DNA of 64,000 bases from assembly GCA_023231475.1 (NCBI GenBank), contig JALJEE010002175.1, positions 1 through 64,000 on the forward strand, written 5' to 3'. This document shows, in pieces, positions 52,922 through 64,000 of this stretch (positions are counted from its first letter, which is position 1; each line of letters begins with the position of its first letter). This DNA is from Seison nebaliae. Lineage: Eukaryota. The notes beneath the pieces were generated by a model, which ran no database searches, was not told the origin of the DNA, and saw nothing but the letters and a program-made list of their open reading frames with translations. Both the position numbers and the translations under genes were made by a program.

Positions 52922-53563
52922 ATGAATTATATTTATTCTATTCATTTCTCATCCAAAAAAATATTCATAGATATCATGTTATGTTCCACTTTCTTATCTA
53001 CGACTCCTATGGAGACCTCGATCAACATAATTGAAGAATTCTCATCGATTTTCGACGTCTCCGATCAATCCAATCCAGATAATTCGATTGACAATTGTTG
53101 TGAATTTTGTTGTTCTTTCTGTGGAAATTTGTTAAACGACGACGAATTAATCGAATCTTCTTTCAATTCTAATCAAGTACCATTATTCGATATCGATCAA
53201 TTTCAGGAAGAAGAAGAAGAAGAAGATGATCATAAACAGAAGAAAGTCGTCCGTTTCGATGATGAGATTAATCGCCGATTTTCTAGCACTCCCAAGAAGA
53301 ATATCAAAGAATGGAATTTGACGGATAAATTTTCCGACGTTCAAAAACAATTCGGAGAATATGGAAACAGCGCAACTTTTCAACATATCTCCAATTTCGT
53401 CGAGAATCAAAATTCGATGTATTCTCATGTTTATCTTAGAAATGGATTACAAACTAATTTCTTACCTATCCAATCTTCGGATAAAACTCAGACAGGGAAT
53501 TTCGATGGAAAAAAGATCAAACGAAGACTCTCGAAAATAAAAATGTTTTTTCTAAGAAAATAA
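52922..53563 (+). CDS. Hypothetical acidic protein with CCEFCCSFC cluster and RVxF-like motif
   Basis: 213-codon ORF, long for DNA this AT-rich; start may be the ATG at 52976; AATAAA at ~53655. Confidence 0.6.
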   Translation: MNYIYSIHFSSKKIFIDIMLCSTFLSTTPMETSINIIEEFSSIFDVSDQSNPDNSIDNCCEFCCSFCGNLLNDDELIESSFNSNQVPLFDIDQFQEEEEEEDDHKQKKVVRFDDEINRRFSSTPKKNIKEWNLTDKFSDVQKQFGEYGNSATFQHISNFVENQNSMYSHVYLRNGLQTNFLPIQSSDKTQTGNFDGKKIKRRLSKIKMFFLRK

Positions 53564-53845
53564 CTTTAATAATTACTATTTCTTCCTTGCAAAGTTTCAT
53601 ACTCTCTTAGCAACATCATTTCATTGCCAAACATCTTTCTCATTTAGAATTTAAAATAAATATTTTTTTCTAACAAAAATTTTCCATTTTAAAAATTTAA
53701 CAACAACAAAATAATTTTGAGCTTTTCCCTTACTCCTTTCCATGTGAGTTACTCTGATATATCTTTCACAAAGATCATAAGATAGTCTCTAATATTGTGT
53801 CTCTAATTCGAGTAGATTTTAATTTTAAAAATTAAACAGAATAAA

Positions 53846-54265
53846 ATGGAAGAGAATCAACGATTGTTTGTCGGATTAAATCGTGGCTATCCAGTCAGGA
53901 AGTACACGAATCCCGTGAAAAAGATGAAAGAATCGAAACAAAATAAAGTTAATTATTTTATTTATATTTGTCGTTACTTTATCGGAAAATGTTTAGACGT
54001 CAGCTCGAAATAAGTTTGTGAGGGATCTCGTTCAAGAAGTGGTCGGATTTGCTCCATACGAGAAACGCGTTATCGAATTATTGAAAATTTCACGAGATAA
54101 ACGTGCATTAAAATTACTTCGTAAAAGAGTTCGTTTCTCATCAATTAATTGTAATTGTGTTTATAATTAATTATTTTTTAGTTGGGCAATTTCCAACGAG
54201 CGAAGAAAACGAGAGATTCACTCCAATACTATTTGCAACTCATGCAAACACAAAAGAGGAAGTAA
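53846..54265 (+). CDS. RPL36: 60S ribosomal protein L36 (eL36), 3 exons, missed by the ORF track
   Basis: VGLNRGY...[41 protein letters not shown]; introns 53948-53996 and 54129-54181. Confidence 0.93.
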
Positions 54266-54882
54266 ATATTCAATTAATTTACATTTTTCCTAAAATAAAT
54301 TTTCTCTGGATGTTTTCCGATTATCAATCTGTCAATTAATTAATTTTAATATTTAATTCAATCTCTTCAACATTTCTTTAACGTTTCTTCCAAATTGTCT
54401 GATATTTGTCTGATAAGAATTTGTCAAGTAATTTTTAGTTATTATTTAATTAAGAAATCAATTTTTAACTTTTCTATAAAAAGAAACTTAAAATTTATCA
54501 ATTAATTTATTATTAATGGAAATATTTTAAGAATTTAGTCTCATTATTTTAGTCTATATTTTACAGTGAAGTTTTACTTAATATATCTTAAATTCTAAAG
54601 TCTTAAATTTAATATCTTATAAATTTCTTAATAAGTTCTCAAAAAATTTTTTTGAAATTTAATTTTAAGAGTAGAATTTTATTAAGAATAGAAATCTAAT
54701 TTTAAGAAGTATAATTTTATTAAGAATCAGATTATTCGTTATCGATTTGGTAATTAGATAATAGTTTAGTCGCACATATATTCAAGTTTTATTTGGGAAA
54801 ATATGTTTAACGATATATGAAAAAATATCGGAAAAAATTTATAATAAAATCATGAAAAAAAAGGGATAATATTGGAAAACAT

Positions 54883-57800
54883 TTAAAGTTCAGTATAAAT
54901 AGCTGAATTATTCTTCATTTCGTGATAATTGTGGAAGATGTTGTTGTTGTTATTGTTACGGTTGTGGATTGTGATTGTTGAGTTATGATGAAGGAGTTGA
55001 TCGTCAGATAATCGTTGATCGAAGTTCTTACTAATTCGCTTCTCTTCCTTTCCATCATTGGATGATAAATGTAAACTGTTGCTACGACAATCGATAATGA
55101 TTCCACTTTCTATTATGAGAATTATTAGAAATTTAAAAAAAGAAAATAAAAACCGTTGGAGGAAAGAGTTGACGTTCTTGTTGTATCGAAATGAGTTCGA
55201 TGTGCGAGAAGTTTCTTATCGGAAATATGGTTACTATCTGATCGTCGTTGCCATTGTGTTCGATGATTTGTCAAATGTTTCGTTTGGGGTGCTGGAGGTA
55301 AATATGAGGTACTCGTTGTAATTGGGAGAGGAGAAGAGATTTTCGGGTTATTCTTTTCTTCATTCGAAGTCAATTCTTTTGGTGTATTCGTTGGTGATGA
55401 TGGAAGAGATAACGGATTCGTATCTATCACTTCCTTATCATTTCTGTTCGATGACGGTTGATCGAAAGTGTCATGTAAACTATCGAACGGATAAGTGGTA
55501 TTGATGAAAGTATTGAAATCGTCGTTGACGATGGTGGAGGAATTTTGAATAGAATATTTTCTCAAATCCGTCGTCAATCCCATACTGAGATTTTCTACGA
55601 GACGTTTTTCTTTGTTTTCAATGGCTTGTTTCCATAACAATCGGGATAATTCATGTGTCCATTTCTTCCGTATATTCTCTGTTTGAACTTGAATCGTATA
55701 AGTTTCATATTTCATGGGATTCTTCCTTCGGAATTTATTCGAATTCGAAATCGAATGATGATCATATGAATTCGTATTAGTCGTATTAGTCGAATTGGAG
55801 AATCGTGGAATGGTCGAATAATTCCATAATTGGAATTGGTTACTGTTACCAGCGAATAATTGTTCGGTGAGACCTAATTGATCTGTCAAAATAGCGTCAC
55901 GATAAACGAATGAATCTGCCTCCGTATCTTTTTGTTCGATTTTTGTGAAAATTAAAATTTTTTCAAATAAAAATATTTGACGAACATGAAATTTATTCGT
56001 CAATGAAAATTTATTTAATCTCAATCGACTGTTGGAAAGAGCTTGGACGATGGAAGTAGTCGATTCGTGATTGATGGTGGAATTGTTTAATCTCGAATAT
56101 CGTTTTGTCGTTTGTTGTAATGATGTCTGGACATAACATCGATCGTGAATTAAGAGATTTCCATATTTACTCAAATCAAATGGACATCCTCGAATTTTAT
56201 CTATTGCCAATAAATTGTCGCCTAGTCTCAAACAATATTGCATGAAAGAAACAGCGGATTTTAAGGAATATTTAATTTCAATCGCTTTCAACGGTTCATT
56301 ACCATTTCGATTGATATTGAATCGATTCCTTTCTATCAGATCTGTATTACTGAAGAAATCCATTAATGATTGATCATTATCTGTTGAGTCGCTATCGATG
56401 TTGATCTCGTTATATATTTGTTTCAAAATCAAATAATATTTGCCTAATCGTTGGACTGGTTTCAAGAGATATGAATCCAAATTTAAACGGTCTTCTAATT
56501 CACATTGTTTCTCGTCGAAATATGAACGACATTCTTGAAGTAATTCATCGGAAGCTGGTTTATTCTTATAATAATATGCATACGATTGGAACTGATGTTT
56601 ATAACGAAGAAAAACTTCGCCAATTCGTAACGGTTGATGACGACATTGACGTATATCAGGCAATAATTTATTGAAATGGAAATCATATAAATATTCGATA
56701 TTACCGAACAAGATATTTCTCTTTCCAATCAATAGTTTTGGAAATTGATCATTTCTCGATGTGTTTGATGGAAATTTGATGGTTTCCGTCTGATTTCTTG
56801 AATTCGCTCGACTTAAGTCGATAATTGCATGTTCGTTAAATTCATTCATATAATTCTCGATAACATATTTCAAAGAATTACAATAACTAATTTCCGTGCT
56901 TAACAATTCTTGAAAACGATGAAGTAAATTCGATTTTTTTCTCTGTTTACATTCGTGAAGTTGAGAAATGGAACGATGGACGGTCACGCCTGACGTTGTT
57001 TGATGTGGACATGGACCAGATATATCCATATCGAACGCATCATCTACGTCGCTGTCATCGTGCTCGTTATCGGCATGATATAATTCGGTGGAGAGATCGT
57101 TCGCTGTTAAGTTACTAGAGAAGGAGGTTAGGGTGGGCGTATTGGTGTGAGTTGGTGTGGGATGTGTTAAAATGTGTGAATTAGTGGTAATGATATCAGA
57201 TGTTGAATGGTAAGTGGGAGAGGAGGATGAGGGAAGGAATGAATGAATGGATTCGGTGGAATTTCCTTCAAGAATTCCGTTATCGATCAATTTCGAATAG
57301 ACATCTAGAGAATCGTTCGATATTGTAGAGAAGTTGTTGGTGCTGTGCTGAATGTGTTGTTGTTGGTGAAAATTTGTGAATTTGGATGATTGAAGAGAAT
57401 CGTTATGGTAATTTTGAGTTTCCTTCTGATTAATTGGCAATAGCACACTGTGTCTATCAGATTGATTAGAAGGATTTCTTCTTCCTCCTCCTCCTCCTCC
57501 TCCTTCTAATGTGGTGGAAGTGGTGGTGAGAAGAGGAGATGATGGTTTTGATGATATAACTAAAGATGATAATGAGATGGAGGGAATGATTGGGAGAGGG
57601 GGAGGAATGATATTATCATTTATTCCATTCCATTCCAATGGCACTGAATAATCATAATCATAATCATAATCGTTATTGTTATAATTGATTGACGTAGAAT
57701 AAGGAATTGACATTTCTGATGATATTGTCTTTGTAGTCCCATTTTGATTCGATATCTGTTCGATCATTTTCTTCTTCATTTCTTTATTTGGTAAGAGAAT

Positions 57801-60800
57801 GTCATCAATAAAATTATATGGCATTTCTGACGAGATGTTTGAACACGTCATGGCCATTGATGGTGATTGATTACTTGTCGTCATATTATTCGTCATGTCA
57901 ATCTGATTAAGATCTTTAAATGCTTCTTCGATCGATGTATCAGCGGAATGGATGGAAGATGTCGTGAAATCAGTTTGGTAACAAGACGTCGACGATTCAT
58001 TCGTTTCAGTCATCGACGAATTATCTCTCATCAATCTCCATTGATTTATCATCTTCTCTGATAATTCTCTTCTCTTCTCCATTTCCATATTCAGATCGTT
58101 CAGACTCGAACATTTCTTTCTTTGAGATTTGTGCATTTCTGATGCACTAAACATGCTCATCGATTTATGTCGTTCATGTAATTTTGAAATTTCTCTTATT
58201 TTTATTATTTTTTTTGAATTTTTATTATTCATTAATTCATTTAAAGAATTCGTCGAAATTAATCGTTTGAGAATTAGTTTCCTCAATTTGACGGAATGTA
58301 ACGTCTCCATACATTGACTCTTTAGGGAATGGAGAACTGAAACTAATTGAGTTGTTATTCGAACATGATCCATGTCTGTCGATTTAAATTTCAATATCTT
58401 TTCATTCGTCTCACTCATTCGAGGCATATCATGATCGAAAGTTGAATTCCAATCATTGTCTTCCTCTAATAAATTATCTTCAATCATTTGTGAACGATGT
58501 TCGGTGAATTCGTAAAGATAATTCGAAATTAATTTCATATAATCATCTAATCGACTTAGCGCGTTCTCGATCGTTTTATGGAAGTCATCGCAATCATTTT
58601 GAGACAATTGCTTCATATAGAAGTGAAGAATGTGATTGAGTTCCTTCGAATTCTTCTCCACATTCTCCTCGTTTACGATATTCATTTCCACTAAACAATT
58701 CATCACATCGCCATTACATTTCATGATTAGTTTGAGTAAATCATTAAATTTCGGTAACGATTCAAAAAGTGATGATAAAGTTTGAAGATTAAACGAATAA
58801 TCATCGGTTTTCATTAACCGTTTTTCCAATTTTTTCATGATTTGCAAAAGGAGCACTTTGTTGGTGGGCAGTCGTTTCACTTCGTTCTTTTTTATCGTTT
58901 TCATTTCGATCGATGACGTTTCCATCCATTCGCTATTCAATTCATCCACCGTATCATACATAAACTCATCGTCATTCTCGTTATCGTTGGGCAGGAATTG
59001 TTTCTCTATTTTCATCTCGTCATTTCCACTCGCCGTCACTCCAACTAATGTCAATAGAGACGTACACGAAGTTGCCATTAAGTCCATCTGTGACTGATTG
59101 TTGAAAATGGAATCGAAAAGGAATTCCATCTCATTTTTGATCTCTTTGGCTTTCCGCAACTTCTCTTCAACTCTGTTAAAAAATTTTTCGTAATTTTGAT
59201 GGGCAGATAATAAAGCGGATTGCATTGAATCACTTTTATCTTCTTTCACATTAATGACGGATGATAATGTCATTAATACACTTCGGAAATGAGAATTGAC
59301 GGCATATGTTCCATTATCGTTGAACCAATCCAGCAAATGGTTAGCACGTTCACATAATTTATGATAATTCTCCAAATGATGAAGTTGATGGATATGTTTA
59401 TTGGAAGCGATAATCAAATTATGTTTGAGTTGATGAAGATGTTTCGCCAACAATCGACATTCTTTCACTCGATTATTTAATCGATCCAAAATATTGAGTG
59501 CTGTCGATTCATTGACATCTATCGAATTCCCGTTCATTTGCTTCTCAATTCCATATTTTATTCCGAAATCATTCATATCATTCTCAATCTCGTTCAAACG
59601 ATTGAGTAATTTCATTTCAAATTGATTCACATCAATCTCCTCCAAACACCTTCTCATATGTCCCTTACACTTCTCAATGGTCGAATGGATGAAAGAATTT
59701 GTCAAGAATTTCTTTTTCAACAAATTCCCATATGGATCGACATTTTTCGACGAATCTCTCAACAGAATTGCTGAAAGAATCCACGGATTACCTGACTCCT
59801 CTTCGATTTTTGTCAAATGATCATTATCTGATAATGGTGAAATAATTGACGATAACAATCTATTATTATTGTTGTTGTTGTTGTTGTTGTTGATATTTTC
59901 AATTGATGATTCTTTTGAAATTCTCTTTCTCTCATTCGATCTCACTGGTAGAATATTCGACTGATGATGTTTAATGGAGGAGGAGGAAGAATACGAATTA
60001 TTCCTCAATAAAGTTATCAATTTCGAACGACAACTCTGTCGACGATCACAATCTTTACAATTCAATTGATTGTTCTTTTCGAAATTTTCATTAAACAAAT
60101 TGAACAAAGGAAGAATTCGTTTATGATTATTATTATTATTCACTTTTAATGAATGTCTCGTCTTCACCACATTCTTCTGATCGTAATTCGACGAATTCCT
60201 CAATCGGAAACTATGTTTCGTTTCCACATCACGTCGACGATTTCCATTCTCGTAATTCAACGTCAAACTTTTCAAATTATTTAATGCTGGTGATTTACCA
60301 TCATTGGTATGATTCAAATGGAACGGATCAATATTCTCATTTATCATATTCTCAAATTCGAGAATGGTATGAATGAAAGCATTCTCATTCAAATATTTAT
60401 CGAACGATTGGAAATGTTGAAGGAATGACGATGATTCTTCGAACAATCTCTCAATCTTCGATTTCATTAATGCAGCGTCTGCTTGGATATTGCCATAGTA
60501 ACGATAATAATTCAAATTCGACCGTTCACAACAGACAATACTTCCTTTCATCGATACGTCCATCATCGACTTCTCACATTTCTTCGTTGCTGGAATGTTA
60601 GACGATAAATTCTTGTTCGTCAATTTAGTTTCTTTACTCATTCGATTATTCTGTTTCTCATTCCAATTTCTAGTTATCTTCTTCCTCTTCTCATAGATAC
60701 TAATCTAAATAAGAAAAGAAAAAAATAATTAATCGATAATCTTCAACAATAATAATATTTTTCGAAAATGATAATCGAATTATAATAATTTTCTAATATA

Positions 60801-61009
60801 TTTCTCAAAAAAGCGAATAAGTTACGGATATTTATCCAATTTTATCATTCATTTAATATTAATCAACTTACTTGTTCCGGTAATTCGTTGGACTGATAGA
60901 CTGACGATTTTTTCTCTTCTTTCTTATAATTCTCTATCGTTTTCGCTTCCTCATATTGCATCAGAGCAATATCGGCCGAAGCTGATGACGATGCAAGTAG
61001 ATATAACAT
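54883..61009 (-). CDS. PLEKHG4: DH-PH Rho guanine exchange factor, puratrophin-1/PLEKHG4-like (~1970 aa)
   Basis: DH: ELLSTEISYC, LFGNIEYLYDFH, LDSYLLKPVQRLGKY; linker LRLGDNLLAIDKIRGC; PH end WTHELSRLLWKQA. Exons 61009-60872, 60704-55154, 55109-54883 (ends YTEL*). Subfamily call is from motif recall; further 5' exons are possible. Confidence 0.82.
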
Positions 61010-62149
61010 TATCTCTCATTAATATCTTCCAATTCTCAATTTGTTAGTTCATCGTTTCATTTGATCGTAACTATTTGTTTTTTATGTTTATTAAGATCTC
61101 TAATCATTCGACTAGATGATGAGTAGGAAATTTGAATTTAATTTAATTAATTATATTTATAATATAATTAAATAATAATTTAAAGGGGAAACACAAGTAA
61201 AACAGGTAAAAATCTGAATTGTAACGAAAAAATTAAATTAAATATATTCGAATTATAATTGTGATTGAAGTGAATGAAATAGTCGAAGTTCTCATAAGAG
61301 AAAGGAATTGTATCAAATTAATGACTTGATCATTGAACTCTTCCTCTCTATCACACTCAATGAGAGAGACAAAAAGATGAGATTTTCTTTATCAATAAAA
61401 ACCATAATCATGACAATCTTCTCTCGATAATTTACATCATTTTATGTAAATAAATTTCTCTTACAAAACACATTCATCAAAAAACGTCAAAATCATAATG
61501 GACATTAGTAATTTTCATTCAATTAAAACGAATCTAGGTTCATTTCGTGATATGAAACACTATTTGATGAACGTCAAATTCATGGGAGGGAACGTGACGA
61601 AAGAAGATGTTTTCACTTGTTTCGACAATTTCTAAAAAAATCAATTACTCAACATCACCAAATTACTCTTCTCATTACTTCTTGTTATTGTTACTCGGAT
61701 TTCCATCGAGAATTTTTCTGGAGTGAAACTGATTGAAATGATTTTCTTGTGATGAAGAAAATATCAATTGGATTTCGGTTGATGAATAAACAGAAAAGAA
61801 TCAGAACATCCTCCCCAACTCGAATGTGAGAGAAGTGTGATTGATAAAAGAAGGTTTATAATCGGAATTGGATGATATAAATAAGAGAAAAGGAAATAAA
61901 TGACAAAGTTATCGACGGATGGAAACGGAACGAAATTGTCGTAAGAACAACTTCTTACTCGTTCTACGAATAATCGGGAAGAGAAATATAAAGAAGATTA
62001 GTGGCGAACGAGTTGATAAGAAAAGAATTATTCGTCAAATAAGTTAAGCAACTCGTCACTTATAAGGAAAAAATTTATACGGCAATACATACGTAGTATA
62101 AGGCAACCCCTGCCACTAACCACGATTCGATGACAAAATTTTCCTGATA

Positions 62150-63480
62150 TGAATTTGGTGGCAGAAGATTCTGTAAAGTGTCGATTCTATAGAGAATGGA
62201 CTAGGGAATAGATGAATTGCAACAAGTTTGATCATGGATGTGACGTCATATTGCCAAATTTCATCCACAATTCACAACTTCTCACCATTTTAATTCAATT
62301 TGATACCGTTATGCCATCACATTTTCATGAGAGATAAATAAGAGACACGGAAATAATATGGAATCGGGAAAAGTAAACTGATTAAAAAAATTAGTTTGTA
62401 GATCGATGGCGATATACAGCAACTGTCCATTTTTATTTCCTTCATCAATTATAACATCACCAAAAAAATATTCATAAGATAACAACATATCATTCATATT
62501 ATTCACTTCTAAATCGGTCAATTCATTTAATTGGAAAATAATACACTTTAAAAGATTCCCAGAAAATCGTCTACTAAATATACAAAAATATACAGACTAT
62601 TTGGAGGCAATTTTATTCAATTCAAATATTTTTCATTTAAATAAAAACAATTCCGCTAATTCCGTTAAGATGGACGGTTTAATTTTCTTTTAAAACATTC
62701 TTTACAGTTTTGAGTTCTTTGGTTGAAAAAGAAAGAAAGTGAGAACGAAATTAACTGACCTTATTCGAATGAGAAGGTAAAGGACTCGAGTAGTGTTGTC
62801 CGATACTACCGATAAATCGACCTAACACCTTCAGATATGTGGACAACTCCCGTCTGTTTCAATTGACAACTTAACTTGTCAATTGACTATTAAACTGAAT
62901 CGAACAACAAATTCCCTACTACTTGATAATCAGATGAGATGTATGTTGAAAAAGAAATCATATATTGAGGACAATTGACCGATTTGGTCACGGCGGCAAA
63001 TTGATGAAAGAAGACGCCATATTAGTCCTTTTCGGGGTCGAAATAAATAAAAGCCTAAATTGGATAAGTTGCAATTGTCAACGGTAGTTAACACAAAACA
63101 ATTGGGAGTCTCATCAAATGAAAACCAAATAAGGATTCACCTAAGAACTCAGCGGAGCAGTTAAGATTAGAAAGAAGATGTTATATTAATAAGGAGAAGG
63201 AGAAAAATGATGAGAAAAGAAATAGAGAGTTAAATGGAAACTCCTTGTTCGTTTTGAAGGTTACCATCCGATATTCCAAACATCTGACATCTATTATCAG
63301 AACATATATAGGAATATTCATCACATTTATTACGTTAGATCGTATCTGCTGTTAGAATATACCAGAAAATTTGGGAATATTACGATCTATCTCAACTACG
63401 AACATTTGAGACGATTTCCAGATGATTCGAAGCGTAAAGTGAAAGTTTCTTCATCTACCGTCGATCAAACTGAAATGCGG
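62150..63480 (+). mobile_element. Decayed hAT transposase, N-terminal half (BED-finger remnant plus first catalytic Asp region)
   Basis: Broken frames give DSVKCRF...RHIAKFHP, RKKVRTKLTDLI, IDLTPSDMWTT (DMWTT at 62834-62848), GHGGKLMKEDAILVLFGVEINK, VAIVNGS and EHI*EYSSHLLR*IV, in hAT order. Confidence 0.55.
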
Positions 63481-63670
63481 TCAACAAACTCATCTGCAAA
63501 TAAACAGTTTCATGGAATGGAAAGATAAAGTAAAAATGTCATTTGCTTACGGCAACTTACACTTCTTACAAAGGGTTCGATAACAATTTTTCCAACTACT
63601 CAACAAATCATTCACTATTTCCTAACGTTTATCTACATGTTGGCTCGTTATTACCAACCAAACGAATTTT

Positions 63671-63815
63671 ACACACACACACACACACACAATTACACGA
63701 AACTACACAAATATACAAATAATACCCAAAAAGTACACATACATACAAAAAACTACATAAAAATACATAACAACGATACACTTAACTTACCATAAACCTA
63801 CACGAACAACTTAAC
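63671..63815 (+). repeat. (AC)n microsatellite followed by a degenerate ~10-bp A/C-rich repeat
   Basis: (AC)10, then aattacacga/aactacacaa/atatacaaat/aagtacacat/aactacataa/aaatacataa; almost no G on this strand. Confidence 0.7.
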
Positions 63816-64000
63816 CCAAATTTTTCCTTAAATATCTTAATTTTCTTAATAAAAGTAAAAATAGATAAAGACAAGATATTGTTATCTAATGACGAGAATG
63901 ATGATCAAAGAAGAGAAATAAATTGTACTCAAAACGTTGTTGTTCCTGGTAGGAATGAAGTTCGAAAAGAAAAATTCAATTTTGAAATGAAAAACTTTCA

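Overview
AT-rich, gene-dense genomic DNA from a eukaryote, almost certainly a metazoan with motile cilia (axonemal dynein, ELMO, peptide-type GPCR, GALNT, CD20-like proteins). A compact-genome invertebrate such as a syndermatan/rotifer is a guess, not something the sequence proves. Most genes are split by ~40-60 nt introns, so the ORF track fragments them; I rebuilt the models by hand. Genes in order: CDC37, DNAH1-type dynein heavy chain (antisense GPCR nested in a 3.3 kb intron), MCEE, a secreted micro-exon orphan with a RING-like Cys cluster, RPL30, a 1137-aa low-complexity protein, a small 4-TM protein, a type-I membrane Pro/Thr/Ser-repeat protein, ELMO, an SLC43 transporter, a GALNT, two CD20-like paralogs, an acidic orphan, RPL36 and a PLEKHG4-like RhoGEF. 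Three decayed hAT transposase relics are also present. Most striking: (1) about 59 of 65 hand-placed introns start GTT instead of GTA/GTG, suggesting rewired 5' splice-site recognition; (2) two 106-nt candidate mutually exclusive exons encode the dynein AAA1 Walker B region and carry the only GTA donors in that gene; (3) the micro-exon secreted gene. All splice sites are inferred without RNA data.
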